Part shown: positions 1 through 9,518 of the stretch, piece by piece
Layout of the letters: each line of letters starts with the position of its first letter
How positions within the stretch are numbered: position 1 is the stretch's first letter
Assembly (NCBI GenBank): GCA_946553045.1
Contig: CAMNRO010000009.1
Span: 3,145-67,144 of the forward strand
Source: an uncultured Porphyromonadaceae bacterium
GTDB taxonomy: Bacteria > Bacteroidota > Bacteroidia > Bacteroidales > Muribaculaceae
Reading direction: 5' to 3'
Length of the DNA: 64,000 bases
The notes under the pieces: generated by a model
The model's database searches: none
What the model was told of the DNA's origin: nothing
Seen by the model: the letters and a program-made list of their open reading frames with translations, nothing else
Position numbers and translations under genes: made by a program

Positions 1-270
1 GAAGGAGCCGTGCGCAAACTCGTAGGCCTCGAGATAGACTCTCCGGCAACAGCTCGTCACGGATTCGAAGTGCTCGACCTCGACGGCGCCGTAGTAGGCC
101 ACATCACTACCGGCTACAATTCGCTTACGCTCGGCAAAAATATAGCCATGGCGATTGTCGACGCCCGCTACGCACCTCTCGAAACAAAGCTTCAGGTGCG
201 AATACGCCGCAAACTCGCACCGGCGACTGTGATAAAAAAACGATTCTACGTACCCCAATATAAAAAATAA
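1..270 (+). CDS. gcvT: Aminomethyltransferase (glycine cleavage T protein), C-terminal fragment; the 5' end lies left of the window
   Basis: The frame is open from base 1. The C-terminal barrel sequence GHITTGYNSLTLGKNIAMAIV...LQVRIRRK is GcvT-like. It is directly followed by gcvH-gcvPA-gcvPB. Confidence 0.8.
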   Translation, partial: EGAVRKLVGLEIDSPATARHGFEVLDLDGAVVGHITTGYNSLTLGKNIAMAIVDARYAPLETKLQVRIRRKLAPATVIKKRFYVPQYKK

Positions 271-275
271 ATACC

Positions 276-653
276 ATGGATAAAATCTATTACCTCCCCA
301 CACACGAATATATAAAAGTAGAAGGCGAAACCGGCTATATCGGCATTTCTGAATACGCTGCCAAGCAGCTCGGCACCGTTACATATGTAGACGCCCCCGA
401 AGACGGCGACGAATTCGAAGCCGGCGAGGAATTCGGAGCTATTGAAAGCCGCAAGGCGGCCTCCGACCTTTTCGCACCGGTGAGCTGCGAAGTGACCGAG
501 GTGAATTTCGCTCTCGAGGGTGACCCCAAACTCATCAACAACAATCCTCTCGAAGCCTGGATTATCAAGGTAATTATTAAAGACCCGACAGAACTCGAAG
601 GCCTGATGGACCAGAAGGCCTACGAAGAATTCTGCCAAAACGAAAAGCACTGA
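276..653 (+). CDS. gcvH: Glycine cleavage system H protein (lipoyl carrier)
   Basis: 125 aa with the lipoyl-lysine motif ESRKAASDLFAPV (compare ESVKAASD). Operon context supports the call. Confidence 0.9.
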   Translation: MDKIYYLPTHEYIKVEGETGYIGISEYAAKQLGTVTYVDAPEDGDEFEAGEEFGAIESRKAASDLFAPVSCEVTEVNFALEGDPKLINNNPLEAWIIKVIIKDPTELEGLMDQKAYEEFCQNEKH

Positions 654-655
654 TT

Positions 656-1999
656 ATGGCACATCACCGCTATTTTCCCCACACCGACGCTGATGTGGAG
701 CGAATGCTCGCACGCTGCGGTGTGACGGATATCGACGCCCTTTATGCCGATGTCGAGCCATCGCTCCGGCTGAAAAAGCCATATGAACTGCCAAAGTCAA
801 TGAGCGAACCCGAGCTCGAACGCTATTTTGCGGCACTGGCGGCTCAGAACAGGCCTCTGACCTGTTTTGCCGGGGCCGGGTTCTATCATCACTATACTCC
901 TGCGGTGATTCCGGCTCTGATGAGCCGTTCGGAATTTCTGACAGCCTACACCCCCTATCAGCCTGAAATATCACAGGGCACCCTGCAATACATATTCGAA
1001 TACCAGAGCATGATGGCCGACCTCACCGGGCTCGACGTGAGCAATGCGTCGATGTACGACGGTGCTACGGCGGCCGCCGAGGCCATGGTTATGGCCGTAA
1101 ATTCTGCCCGCAAGAAACGCCGCGTGCTGGTAAGCGCTACAGTAGCCCCTGCCGTGCAGCAGGTACTCGCCACTTATGCCGAAGCCGCAGGAATAATCCT
1201 CGAAATCATCCCCGAAGACAGAGGCGCGACAGACCGCACCGCCTTCGAGCAGATGCTCGGAGCAGGCGATGTTGCAGGCGTGATGGTTGCTCAGCCCAAC
1301 TACTACGGCATTATTGAAGATTACGAAGGCTGGGCCGACAAATGCCACGAAAAGAAGGCATTGATGATAATGAACTGCCATGCGACGACTCTCGCCGTTC
1401 TCCGTTCGCCCGGAGAATGGGGTGCCGACATAGCCTGCGGCGAAGCTCAGTCGCTCGGCATGCCGCTCAATTACGGAGGGCCATATCTGGGCTATCTGTG
1501 TTGCCGCGAAAACCTCATGCGCAAGCTGCCCGGACGCATTGTAGGAGCTACAGCCGACAAAGACGGCAAACGTTCGTTCGTCCTCACTCTCCAGGCCCGC
1601 GAACAGCATATCCGCCGCCAGAAAGCCACATCGAATATCTGCTCCAACCAGGGCATAATGACCCTGCACGCGGCAATGTATCTGTCGCTGATGGGGGCTG
1701 AAGGACTGGAAAAAGTCAACCGGCTGAGTGCCGAAGCGGCCCACTGTCTTGCCGACAGGCTCGAAGCGACCGGCACAATGAAGCTGAAGTATGCCGACAA
1801 GCCATATCTCAACGAATTTGCCATGGAGATTACCGACGACGGCCTGACCGCCGACAGAATAATAGATGCCTGTGCCTCAGAGGGCATACTCGCCGGTGTC
1901 AAACTCACCGACAGCTCCATTCTCATCGCAGCGACCGAAATGTGTTCTCCCGACGACATCGGGCGCTATGTGTCAACAATCAAGAATCTGAAGTCATGA
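656..1999 (+). CDS. gcvPA: Glycine dehydrogenase (decarboxylating) subunit 1
   Basis: 447 aa, with length and sequence typical of split P-protein alpha (TPYQPEISQGTLQ). The stop overlaps the gcvPB start as ATGA at 1996-1999. Confidence 0.9.
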   Translation: MAHHRYFPHTDADVERMLARCGVTDIDALYADVEPSLRLKKPYELPKSMSEPELERYFAALAAQNRPLTCFAGAGFYHHYTPAVIPALMSRSEFLTAYTPYQPEISQGTLQYIFEYQSMMADLTGLDVSNASMYDGATAAAEAMVMAVNSARKKRRVLVSATVAPAVQQVLATYAEAAGIILEIIPEDRGATDRTAFEQMLGAGDVAGVMVAQPNYYGIIEDYEGWADKCHEKKALMIMNCHATTLAVLRSPGEWGADIACGEAQSLGMPLNYGGPYLGYLCCRENLMRKLPGRIVGATADKDGKRSFVLTLQAREQHIRRQKATSNICSNQGIMTLHAAMYLSLMGAEGLEKVNRLSAEAAHCLADRLEATGTMKLKYADKPYLNEFAMEITDDGLTADRIIDACASEGILAGVKLTDSSILIAATEMCSPDDIGRYVSTIKNLKS

Positions 2000-3459
2000 A
2001 CAAGAATCTCTATTCACCCCTCGTTTTCGAAGTATCGCACAAGGGAAGGCATGGCTACAGTCTGCCCGAATACGACTACGGCGTCAATGTGGAACTGCCG
2101 AAAGGCCTCACACGCGAAAACACTCCGGCGCTGCCCGAAATCGACGAGCCTTCGCTCGTGCGCCACTACACCAACAGCAGCAACAACAACTTCGGTGTAG
2201 ACACCGGCTTCTATCCTTTGGGGTCGTGCACAATGAAATATAATCCCAAAGTAAACGAAGCCATGGTCGGAACGGCCGCCGTTGGCGCCCTCCATCCCCT
2301 CCAGCCCGTCTCGACCGCGCAGGGAGCCTTGCGAATATACCGTACACTCGAAAAATACCTGAGCGAGATAGGCGGCATGGCCGAGTTTACGCTGAACCCC
2401 TTTGCCGGCGCTCACGGCGAATACACAGGCCTGATGGTGATACGCAGCTATCACCTCTCGCGAGCCGATGAAGCACGACGCAAGGTCATCGTGCCGGATT
2501 CCGCGCACGGCACGAATCCGGCCAGCGCCGCCATGGCAGGCTTCGAAATCGTAGAAGTAAAAAGCCTCGAAGACGGCACCGTAGACATCGAAGACCTCCG
2601 CGGCAAACTTGGCAGCGACGTGGCCGCCATGATGATGACCAACCCCAACACGGTCGGCATGTTCGAAAAAAACATACCCGAGATTGCCGAAATGGTGCAT
2701 GCCGCCGGCGCTCTTCTATATTACGACGGCGCAAATCTCAATCCTATGCTCGGCATTGCCCGCCCCGGCGACATGGGCTTCGACGTGATGCATATTAACC
2801 TGCATAAGACATTCTCGACTCCTCACGGAGGCGGAGGTCCAGGCGCAGGCCCCGTTGGCGTGCGCGCCGGCCTGGAGCAGTTCCTGCCCAATCCACGCGT
2901 GGTGGAAAATGCCGACGGCAGCCTCGGAGTGATATGCAGCAACGACGCATTCGGCCGCGTGAGCGCCTGGCTCGGCAATTTCACGGTATATATCAAGGCC
3001 CTGAGCTACATACTGACTCTGGGTTCCGAAAACCTGATGAAAGCCGGACCGTTGGCTACTTTGAACGCCAACTACATAATGCACTCGCTCAAAGACCTGT
3101 ACGAGCTACCTATTTCCGGCCCGTGCAAACACGAATTCGTATTCGACGGTCTTCGCGACAAATCGCAGGGTGTCACCACAATGCATGTCGCCAAATCACT
3201 GCTTGACTACGGCTTCCATGCACCGACAATCTACTTCCCGCTTCTTTTCCATGAGTCGCTTATGATAGAGCCGACCGAAACAGAATCGGTCGATACTCTC
3301 GATTCATTTATCGACGTCATGCGGAAAATAGCCCTTGAGGCCGCCTCTAATCCTGAAAAAATAAAAGAGGCGCCCTACACCACCCCGATTTCGCACCCCG
3401 ACGAGGACGAAGCGGCCCTTAACCCGATTCTCACCTACGCACAGCTATGCCGCAAGTAG
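1996..3459 (+). CDS. gcvPB: Glycine dehydrogenase (decarboxylating) subunit 2
   Basis: Contains the PLP-lysine region HINLHKTFSTPHGGGGPGAGP. I chose the ATG at 1996 (MNKNLYSPL) over the longer track ORF from 1942. Confidence 0.9.
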   Translation: MNKNLYSPLVFEVSHKGRHGYSLPEYDYGVNVELPKGLTRENTPALPEIDEPSLVRHYTNSSNNNFGVDTGFYPLGSCTMKYNPKVNEAMVGTAAVGALHPLQPVSTAQGALRIYRTLEKYLSEIGGMAEFTLNPFAGAHGEYTGLMVIRSYHLSRADEARRKVIVPDSAHGTNPASAAMAGFEIVEVKSLEDGTVDIEDLRGKLGSDVAAMMMTNPNTVGMFEKNIPEIAEMVHAAGALLYYDGANLNPMLGIARPGDMGFDVMHINLHKTFSTPHGGGGPGAGPVGVRAGLEQFLPNPRVVENADGSLGVICSNDAFGRVSAWLGNFTVYIKALSYILTLGSENLMKAGPLATLNANYIMHSLKDLYELPISGPCKHEFVFDGLRDKSQGVTTMHVAKSLLDYGFHAPTIYFPLLFHESLMIEPTETESVDTLDSFIDVMRKIALEAASNPEKIKEAPYTTPISHPDEDEAALNPILTYAQLCRK

Positions 3460-4766
3460 ATCTTATCATCATAGGCGGAGGCCCCGGCGGCTATGAGACT
3501 GCCGCCGAGGCTGCCGCCAAAGGCCTCAAAGTGATTCTTTTCGAGCGCGACAGGCTCGGAGGCACCTGCCTGAACCGGGGCTGCATACCGACAAAATGCT
3601 TATGTGCGACAGCCAAACGGCTCAACGATATCAGACATGCCGACAGCCTCGGCATTACCGTTCCTGAGGTATCGGTAGACTTCTCCGCCGTCAGAAAAAG
3701 GCTGACAGAAATTACCGATACACTCCGCGAAGGCATAGAAACCGTCCTCGAAGGTGTCGAAGTGATAAAGGCGGAGGCCGCATTATGCCAGGGGCCGGCT
3801 GTAGTGGCCGACGGCACCACCTATACGGCTTCCGATATCATCATCGCCACAGGCTCGTGTCCGGCCCGGCTTCGAGCAGACGGTGCCGAGACAGCTCTTA
3901 CAAGCGATGAGGTGTTGTCTCTCGAGACCATACCCGAAAGCATGGTGATAATCGGCGGCGGCGTCATCGGCCTTGAATTCGCTTCGGTTTTCAGCAGTTT
4001 CGGCTGCAAGGTTACCGTGGTGGAATACTGCAAGGAAATCCTGCCGGGATTCGACCGCGACATTGCCAAACGGCTTCGCAGCTATCTTTCGCGTCATGGC
4101 ATCGACTTCGTCACCGGCGCTGAAGTAAGCTCTGTGGAAGACGGAAAACGCGTCAGCTACCTCCAGAAGGGCAAAGAAAAAAGCATCCAGGCGGCCTGCG
4201 TTGTTTCGGCCGTCGGGCGGCGCCCTGTCGTTCCTGCCGGCCTTGAAGATGCCGGAATCGCGACAGATTCGCGTGGTTTTATAGTTACCGACGAACGGTT
4301 CCGCACCACATTGCCCGGAGTGTACGCCATCGGCGATGTAAACGGCCGATGCATGCTCGCTCACGCGGCAGCAGCCCAGGGACGTGTGGTTCTCGGAAAA
4401 AATGTAAATCTCGACATCATGCCGGCTGTCGTATTCACCGACCCCGAATGTGCCTCCGTAGGCATTAATTCAGAAAAAGCAGATGAATCAGGACGCGAGT
4501 ATATCACCGTAAAGTTGCCTTATGGCTCCAACGGCAAAGCGCTCGCCTCGGGTGAAGACGACGGCATTATCAAACTGATAATAGACAAGGAAAACGGTCT
4601 TATAGCCGGCTGCCATTGCGTAGGCGCCCATGCCGCCGACCTTATCGCCGAAGCCTGCACGGCCATGAATGCCGGATTTACAGCCGAAAGACTGGCTTCA
4701 GAGTGTGTGCACGCGCACCCTACTCTGAGCGAGCTCCTGGCATCTGCCGCGGCTATTGCCCGCTGA
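3447..4766 (+). CDS. lpdA: Dihydrolipoyl dehydrogenase (L protein)
   Basis: FAD motif IIGGGPGGY, redox disulfide GGTCLNRGCIPTK, and C-terminal HAHPTLSE. It overlaps the gcvPB end by 13 nt. Confidence 0.85.
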   Translation: MPQVDLIIIGGGPGGYETAAEAAAKGLKVILFERDRLGGTCLNRGCIPTKCLCATAKRLNDIRHADSLGITVPEVSVDFSAVRKRLTEITDTLREGIETVLEGVEVIKAEAALCQGPAVVADGTTYTASDIIIATGSCPARLRADGAETALTSDEVLSLETIPESMVIIGGGVIGLEFASVFSSFGCKVTVVEYCKEILPGFDRDIAKRLRSYLSRHGIDFVTGAEVSSVEDGKRVSYLQKGKEKSIQAACVVSAVGRRPVVPAGLEDAGIATDSRGFIVTDERFRTTLPGVYAIGDVNGRCMLAHAAAAQGRVVLGKNVNLDIMPAVVFTDPECASVGINSEKADESGREYITVKLPYGSNGKALASGEDDGIIKLIIDKENGLIAGCHCVGAHAADLIAEACTAMNAGFTAERLASECVHAHPTLSELLASAAAIAR

Positions 4767-5466
4767 GACCGAGGGCTGCAAGAAAACGCTTCCTGACAGA
4801 CTCGGCGACAGGAATAAGCTGCTGACCCATGATTATACAGTTGCGCTCGACAATGCGCACTCTGTCCATGTTCACTATAAACGAGCGGTGAACACGCATG
4901 AAACCGGCCTCGGGGAGCATTTCCTCGAGGCTCTTCATACTCATCAGAGTAAGAACCGGCTTCTCGCCGTCTGATGTCACAATCTTCACATAGTCCTTAA
5001 GCCCCTCTATATAATCTATATTCTCGACAGGAATCCGTATAATGCGATATTCGCTCTTGACTGTGATAAAGCCAGGAGCAGGGTCTGCGGCACCCTCCTT
5101 GGGAGCGTAGAACGCCAGCGCGCGCGATGCCGCACGCATGAATTCCTCGTAGCTCACCGGCTTAAGGAGATAATCGAGGGCATTGACGGCAAAACCGTCG
5201 ACAGCGTGGTCTGAATAGGCTGTCGTAAAGACAACCCGCGGACCGCTCTGTAGCTGACGTGCGAGTTCCATGCCGGAAAAACCGGGCATATGTATATCGA
5301 GAAAAACCAGGTCGACCGGATTGTCGTTGAGGAAAACAAGAGCTTCGGCTCCCGACTGGGCCGTGCCCGAAAGATTGAGAAAAGGCGTACGCTCGACATA
5401 CGACGACATCAGGCGCACTGCCAAAGGTTCGTCGTCGACAACGAGACAATTCAGTTTACGGCTCAT
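4753..5466 (-). CDS. LytTR-family response regulator
   Basis: Receiver domain LVVDDEPLA...DIHMPG plus a C-terminal LytTR DNA-binding domain (HRSFIVN). ATGA overlap with the upstream kinase gene. Confidence 0.85.
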   Translation of the reverse strand: MSRKLNCLVVDDEPLAVRLMSSYVERTPFLNLSGTAQSGAEALVFLNDNPVDLVFLDIHMPGFSGMELARQLQSGPRVVFTTAYSDHAVDGFAVNALDYLLKPVSYEEFMRAASRALAFYAPKEGAADPAPGFITVKSEYRIIRIPVENIDYIEGLKDYVKIVTSDGEKPVLTLMSMKSLEEMLPEAGFMRVHRSFIVNMDRVRIVERNCIIMGQQLIPVAESVRKRFLAALGLSGQ

Positions 5467-6539
5467 AGTGGCAAAGTTAGACTTGTTTTAAATACATCAC
5501 CGTCTACAATGGTGCGGAAAGAGGCCTTCGAACCATATATCAGCGACAGACGGCGGCGCAGGTTTGCGAGGCCGATGCCTGAAGCCTTCGAATCGTTTTT
5601 ATCGGGCAAGGACGAAAACGAATTTTCCGTACAACACCAGAATTTTCCCTCACGGACCTTCATGCTGACCAGAATAGGCATGCCTGAAGCCGATGTTGAC
5701 CCATACTTGAAGGCATTTTCAATCAGAGTGACAAGCAGCAACGGCGGAACTGAATCGTTTTCATGCCCGGCAATATCGATTTCTACCTCGATAGGACGAC
5801 CCGAAAGACGAAGACGCATAAGCTCTATATAATCTTCGATAAAACCGATTTCCTCACTCAGTTTCACCATCATCTCGCTTTCATAGAGCATATAGCGCAA
5901 AAGCCCCGACAGACGGTGCACCGCGCCCTTTGCAAGCTCAGGGTCGATGTCTACAAGAGCGTATATGGTATTCAGCGTATTGAATAGAAAATGCGGATTG
6001 AGCTGATTTTTCAGATTGTCGAGTTCCGTACTACGCTGTTCTGCCACAAGCTCCTGCTTCTGCTGCTCCATATCCTTCCATTTCATCGAAAGCCTCAATG
6101 CGACCGCCAGACCGATTGTGAGAATTATCATCACGGCATCGCGCATGAGAAACGAAGTCCATTTCAGCAAATGCCGCAACGTCGGCTCATCGGCTGTATG
6201 AAATCGTCTTGACGGAAACCATATACTCGACGAAAGATAATCGATAAGCATGCCTCCGAAAACGAGAAGAAGATTCCAGAAAACAAACCGAAGTATGCGT
6301 TTCTTGCCGTTACCGCTCAACGTTCGGTCTACTATAACGAAATAGTTGAGATAGAAGACTCCGATGAAGATAAGTGTCTTCACATAAAACCCGGGATAAA
6401 AGGCAAATGCGGGTCTGTTCGGCCGGGCTATAGTCCACACCAGATCCGGCAGAATGAAAATGATTACTATAAATATGAAATGAGCAAGGATTGTAGCCAG
6501 ACGGCTGCGCCCATTGCCTTGTCGTGAAGAAAGTTCCAT
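5463..6539 (-). CDS. Sensor histidine kinase (LytS/YehU-type His_kinase domain)
   Basis: N-terminal TM segments and the motif QLNPHFLFNTLNTIYAL. The track ORF starts at a TTG at 6566; the first ATG is at 6539. Confidence 0.8.
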   Translation of the reverse strand: MELSSRQGNGRSRLATILAHFIFIVIIFILPDLVWTIARPNRPAFAFYPGFYVKTLIFIGVFYLNYFVIVDRTLSGNGKKRILRFVFWNLLLVFGGMLIDYLSSSIWFPSRRFHTADEPTLRHLLKWTSFLMRDAVMIILTIGLAVALRLSMKWKDMEQQKQELVAEQRSTELDNLKNQLNPHFLFNTLNTIYALVDIDPELAKGAVHRLSGLLRYMLYESEMMVKLSEEIGFIEDYIELMRLRLSGRPIEVEIDIAGHENDSVPPLLLVTLIENAFKYGSTSASGMPILVSMKVREGKFWCCTENSFSSLPDKNDSKASGIGLANLRRRLSLIYGSKASFRTIVDGDVFKTSLTLPL

Positions 6540-6677
6540 ACGCAAAAGTATAAAAGTATTCTTCAACCCGCAATAATTTATCGACCAAGTATCCTATTTT
6601 ATCTTTAGATGCCTGTTTGAGCCGGACGCGCTAAACCAAGCACACCCAAGTTTGTTTTATAGATAAACGTAAAAACT

Positions 6678-7325
6678 ATGCGCTCTAAAACTCTCATCCT
6701 GTGTCTGCTGGCCGCTTTATTCGCCACGACGGCAACGGCTCAGTCAAAGCCGACTTTCGGCGCACGTCTATCCATGGAAATGACCGTGCCCGGAGGTGGT
6801 AGTTCATATTATAAAACCGGAGCCGGCTTCTCTGCCGGTGGTGTGATGAAACTGCCTTTGACCCGTAATTTCTATTTCGAACCTGGTTTGCTGTTCTACT
6901 ATACGGCAATGAGCTCCAAAGGCCTCACTCCTTTCGACGAGTATTACTTCCAAAGCGCCGTCAAAGAATATGGAATACGGCTGCCGCTCAATATCGGATA
7001 TACATTCAACGCCAACGATATCTGGTCTATCGACGTATATACCGGTCCATGGATTAATTTCAACATTAATGCTTCTCAGGACCTCGACCCGAATTTCGCC
7101 GCACCGGTGCCGGTGCCCGACAAAACCATAAACATGATGAAATATGGTTGGAAACGCGTCGATGCGATGTGGGGTTTCGGACTAAATTTCACATTCTCCG
7201 AAAATTATCATATAGGCCTGAGCGGCGGCATAGGCTTTACGCCTTTGGCAAAATACGGCAACCGCGATAAAAAAATACGCATACACCGCAACATCGTCGC
7301 CATCAGCCTGGGCTACAACTTCTAA
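6678..7325 (+). CDS. Small outer-membrane beta-barrel protein (OmpW/porin-like)
   Basis: Signal peptide ending ATTATAQS, alternating amphipathic strands, and a C-terminal ...ISLGYNF with terminal Phe. Confidence 0.6.
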   Translation: MRSKTLILCLLAALFATTATAQSKPTFGARLSMEMTVPGGGSSYYKTGAGFSAGGVMKLPLTRNFYFEPGLLFYYTAMSSKGLTPFDEYYFQSAVKEYGIRLPLNIGYTFNANDIWSIDVYTGPWINFNINASQDLDPNFAAPVPVPDKTINMMKYGWKRVDAMWGFGLNFTFSENYHIGLSGGIGFTPLAKYGNRDKKIRIHRNIVAISLGYNF

Positions 7326-7327
7326 TT

Positions 7328-8224
7328 TCAGATGGAAAGGCCGGTCCGCTCGTAGAGCCCGAACAGCAGATTCATCAGATGGACGGCATTTCCTGTCACA
7401 CCCCTTGTCATGGCATCGATAGAGGCATAGACAGTCAGGTCTTCGCCCTCCTTGGCAAGCCTTATAAGACATTTGTTGCTTCCGCGAAGGTCTTCCTCGA
7501 CAGGGCCGTCACCGGGCACGACATAAGTGAAGTTGTGGTCCTCGTATGTTTCGTTATAAATACGCTCCACTTCGTCCAGAGCAACGGAAGTATGCAGAGT
7601 GGCTTTGAGGTCAATACGCTCATAGGTGGTGTCCGGGCCGCATTCGCATACGATGGCATGTGAAAACGCGGGCTGCACAAGCTCAAGCATGCGATGAGCC
7701 TCTGCGGCCGCCACAGCAAGTTCGGAAGCGCCTCCGCCGACTGCTATATTCACTTCAGAATCAAGCACGCCGAATTTAGCCAGCGGGAAAAGAGCAAGCT
7801 CTATAAGCATCGCTTCGGGCGTAGGGTTTACCGCGCCGCGGGCGCCGCGCACCAAAGCCTTGCGATTATACTCGGGAAAACCATACACCATATCGCCCGA
7901 ATCTGCGGTAAGGCGCGGAGTTTTGCCAAGCACAATCAGCCTGAAATCCTTGTCATCGGCATATTTGGCCAAAATGTCGTCCGTCAGATTCTCCTCATCG
8001 ATTACAAACAGCACATCGAGGCCGTCGAGCTTAAGCACTCTCTCGAGTGTGAGCTCCGTCTCGCCGGCATAGACCGGGTGAAGCTGCGCCAGAGGGGTGG
8101 CATTTCCCATCGGCGAGGCTACGGCGCGCAAATCGACATCGGGATGACGCAGCAGAAGGCGCAGCAATTGTTTACGAACCGGACTATTGACCTCTGCCGG
8201 GCCATATATACCAACTTTTATCAT
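7328..8224 (-). CDS. N-acetyl-gamma-glutamyl-phosphate reductase (ArgC)-like protein, apparently catalytically degenerate
   Basis: End-to-end resemblance to ArgC (MIKVGIYG..., NP..ALFPLAK, SIDAMTRGVTGNAVHLMNLLFG versus DNLxKGAAGQAVQNMNLMFG). NPGC is replaced by NPTP, and the GxxGxxG motif is missing. Confidence 0.65.
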   Translation of the reverse strand: MIKVGIYGPAEVNSPVRKQLLRLLLRHPDVDLRAVASPMGNATPLAQLHPVYAGETELTLERVLKLDGLDVLFVIDEENLTDDILAKYADDKDFRLIVLGKTPRLTADSGDMVYGFPEYNRKALVRGARGAVNPTPEAMLIELALFPLAKFGVLDSEVNIAVGGGASELAVAAAEAHRMLELVQPAFSHAIVCECGPDTTYERIDLKATLHTSVALDEVERIYNETYEDHNFTYVVPGDGPVEEDLRGSNKCLIRLAKEGEDLTVYASIDAMTRGVTGNAVHLMNLLFGLYERTGLSI

Positions 8225-8228
8225 AGTA

Positions 8229-9518
8229 TCACGATTTGATTTGAGGAAAGAGATCGGCCATTATTATGTCGCTGGCACCGATATTGGCCGCTATATAGTC
8301 GCCGGCGGCCTTGCCGGCCTTTCCACGCACTTTTTCATCAAGCAACGGCTCCATGACAGCCCCGAATGCTTTGGCCGAGTCTATGCTGAAAGCTCCGCCA
8401 CATGCTATGAGGTCGGAAGCCTCCTTGAATTTGGCATGTCGAGGACCGAAGACAACAGGTATGCCATATGTGGCAGCCTCGTTGATATTGTGAATGCTCA
8501 CACCGAAGCCGCCTCCGACATAAGCCACATCGGCATATGCATAAAGGCTGCTCAGAAGGCCGAAACAGTCGATAATCAGATAACTGAGTTTAGCAGCGAC
8601 CTTGGCGGCCTCTTCCGGCGAACGGTGATATATTTCTTTAAAATCGGAGAAAAGCATGGTCCGGCTTCCATCGAGACGACGCCTCATTTCGGCAAGACGG
8701 TTCTTGTCGAATTCATGCGGAGCGATGATAGCCTTCACCGCAGGATGCGCCTTAAGCCACGGCACGTAAACGACCTCGTCGCGGTCCCAGCTGCTGCCGA
8801 ATACCATTTTGAAGCCGTCTTTCGCCCCCGAAACGAGGAAACACTCTATTTCGGGGATAGCCTTGCGGTTCTCGCGTATGGCCGTAACACGGTCAAAGCG
8901 GGTATCGCCTGCAACAGTCACATTATCGACGCCAACGCCGGCAAGCAGACGTCGCGAACGTTCGTCCTGCACATAGAGGTGCTCGAAATTACCGAGCATT
9001 TTACGGAAAACACCTCCCCACGGCTTGAAAAAGCGCTGGGAAGGCCTGAAAATAGCCGAAATGATGTATGTCGGTATTCCGCGCTTCTTCAGTTTCTCGA
9101 GGTAATTGCCCCAGAACTCATATTTCACAAATATAGCCATGCGTGGACGTGCCGCATCGAGAAATGCGTCTACATTGCCCGGAGTATCAAAAGGCAGATA
9201 CACAACGGCCACACGCGGATTGTAATCGCAGCGCACTTCATAGCCGGAAGGCGAAAAGAAACTCAGCAAAATACGTTTGGACGAGTCTTTAGCCAATAAC
9301 GAGTCGATGAGAGGACGTGCCTGTTCGAACTCGCCCAGAGAAGCTGCATGAAACCATACGTCAAAACCGTCGGGAGCCATGTGCTCGCGGAAATTGCGAA
9401 GACGGTCTATGGTCTCTCTCTGACCGCTGAGCATATGGCGCACCTTGGGGGAGCCTAACGACACAAGCCGCGCGGCCCCTCCATAGATGGCTATACCTGC
9501 ACTGTAAAGCGGATTCAT
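8229..9518 (-). CDS. waaA: 3-deoxy-D-manno-octulosonic acid (Kdo) transferase
   Basis: Motif [17 protein letters not shown] and a size of 429 aa. ATGA overlap with the gltX stop. Confidence 0.85.
   Translation of the reverse strand: MNPLYSAGIAIYGGAARLVSLGSPKVRHMLSGQRETIDRLRNFREHMAPDGFDVWFHAASLGEFEQARPLIDSLLAKDSSKRILLSFFSPSGYEVRCDYNPRVAVVYLPFDTPGNVDAFLDAARPRMAIFVKYEFWGNYLEKLKKRGIPTYIISAIFRPSQRFFKPWGGVFRKMLGNFEHLYVQDERSRRLLAGVGVDNVTVAGDTRFDRVTAIRENRKAIPEIECFLVSGAKDGFKMVFGSSWDRDEVVYVPWLKAHPAVKAIIAPHEFDKNRLAEMRRRLDGSRTMLFSDFKEIYHRSPEEAAKVAAKLSYLIIDCFGLLSSLYAYADVAYVGGGFGVSIHNINEAATYGIPVVFGPRHAKFKEASDLIACGGAFSIDSAKAFGAVMEPLLDEKVRGKAGKAAGDYIAANIGASDIIMADLFPQIKS

Noticed and set aside
8187-9299. A 370-aa plus-strand ORF overlapping waaA. 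Similar long alternative-frame ORFs occur at 13120..13893, 14863..15855, 33900..34910, 48735..49685, 49833..50807 and 53920..54924.
   Set aside because: All lie antisense or out of frame to genes with unambiguous family motifs. All show Arg/Gly/Ala/His-biased composition, so I regard them as artefacts of high GC.
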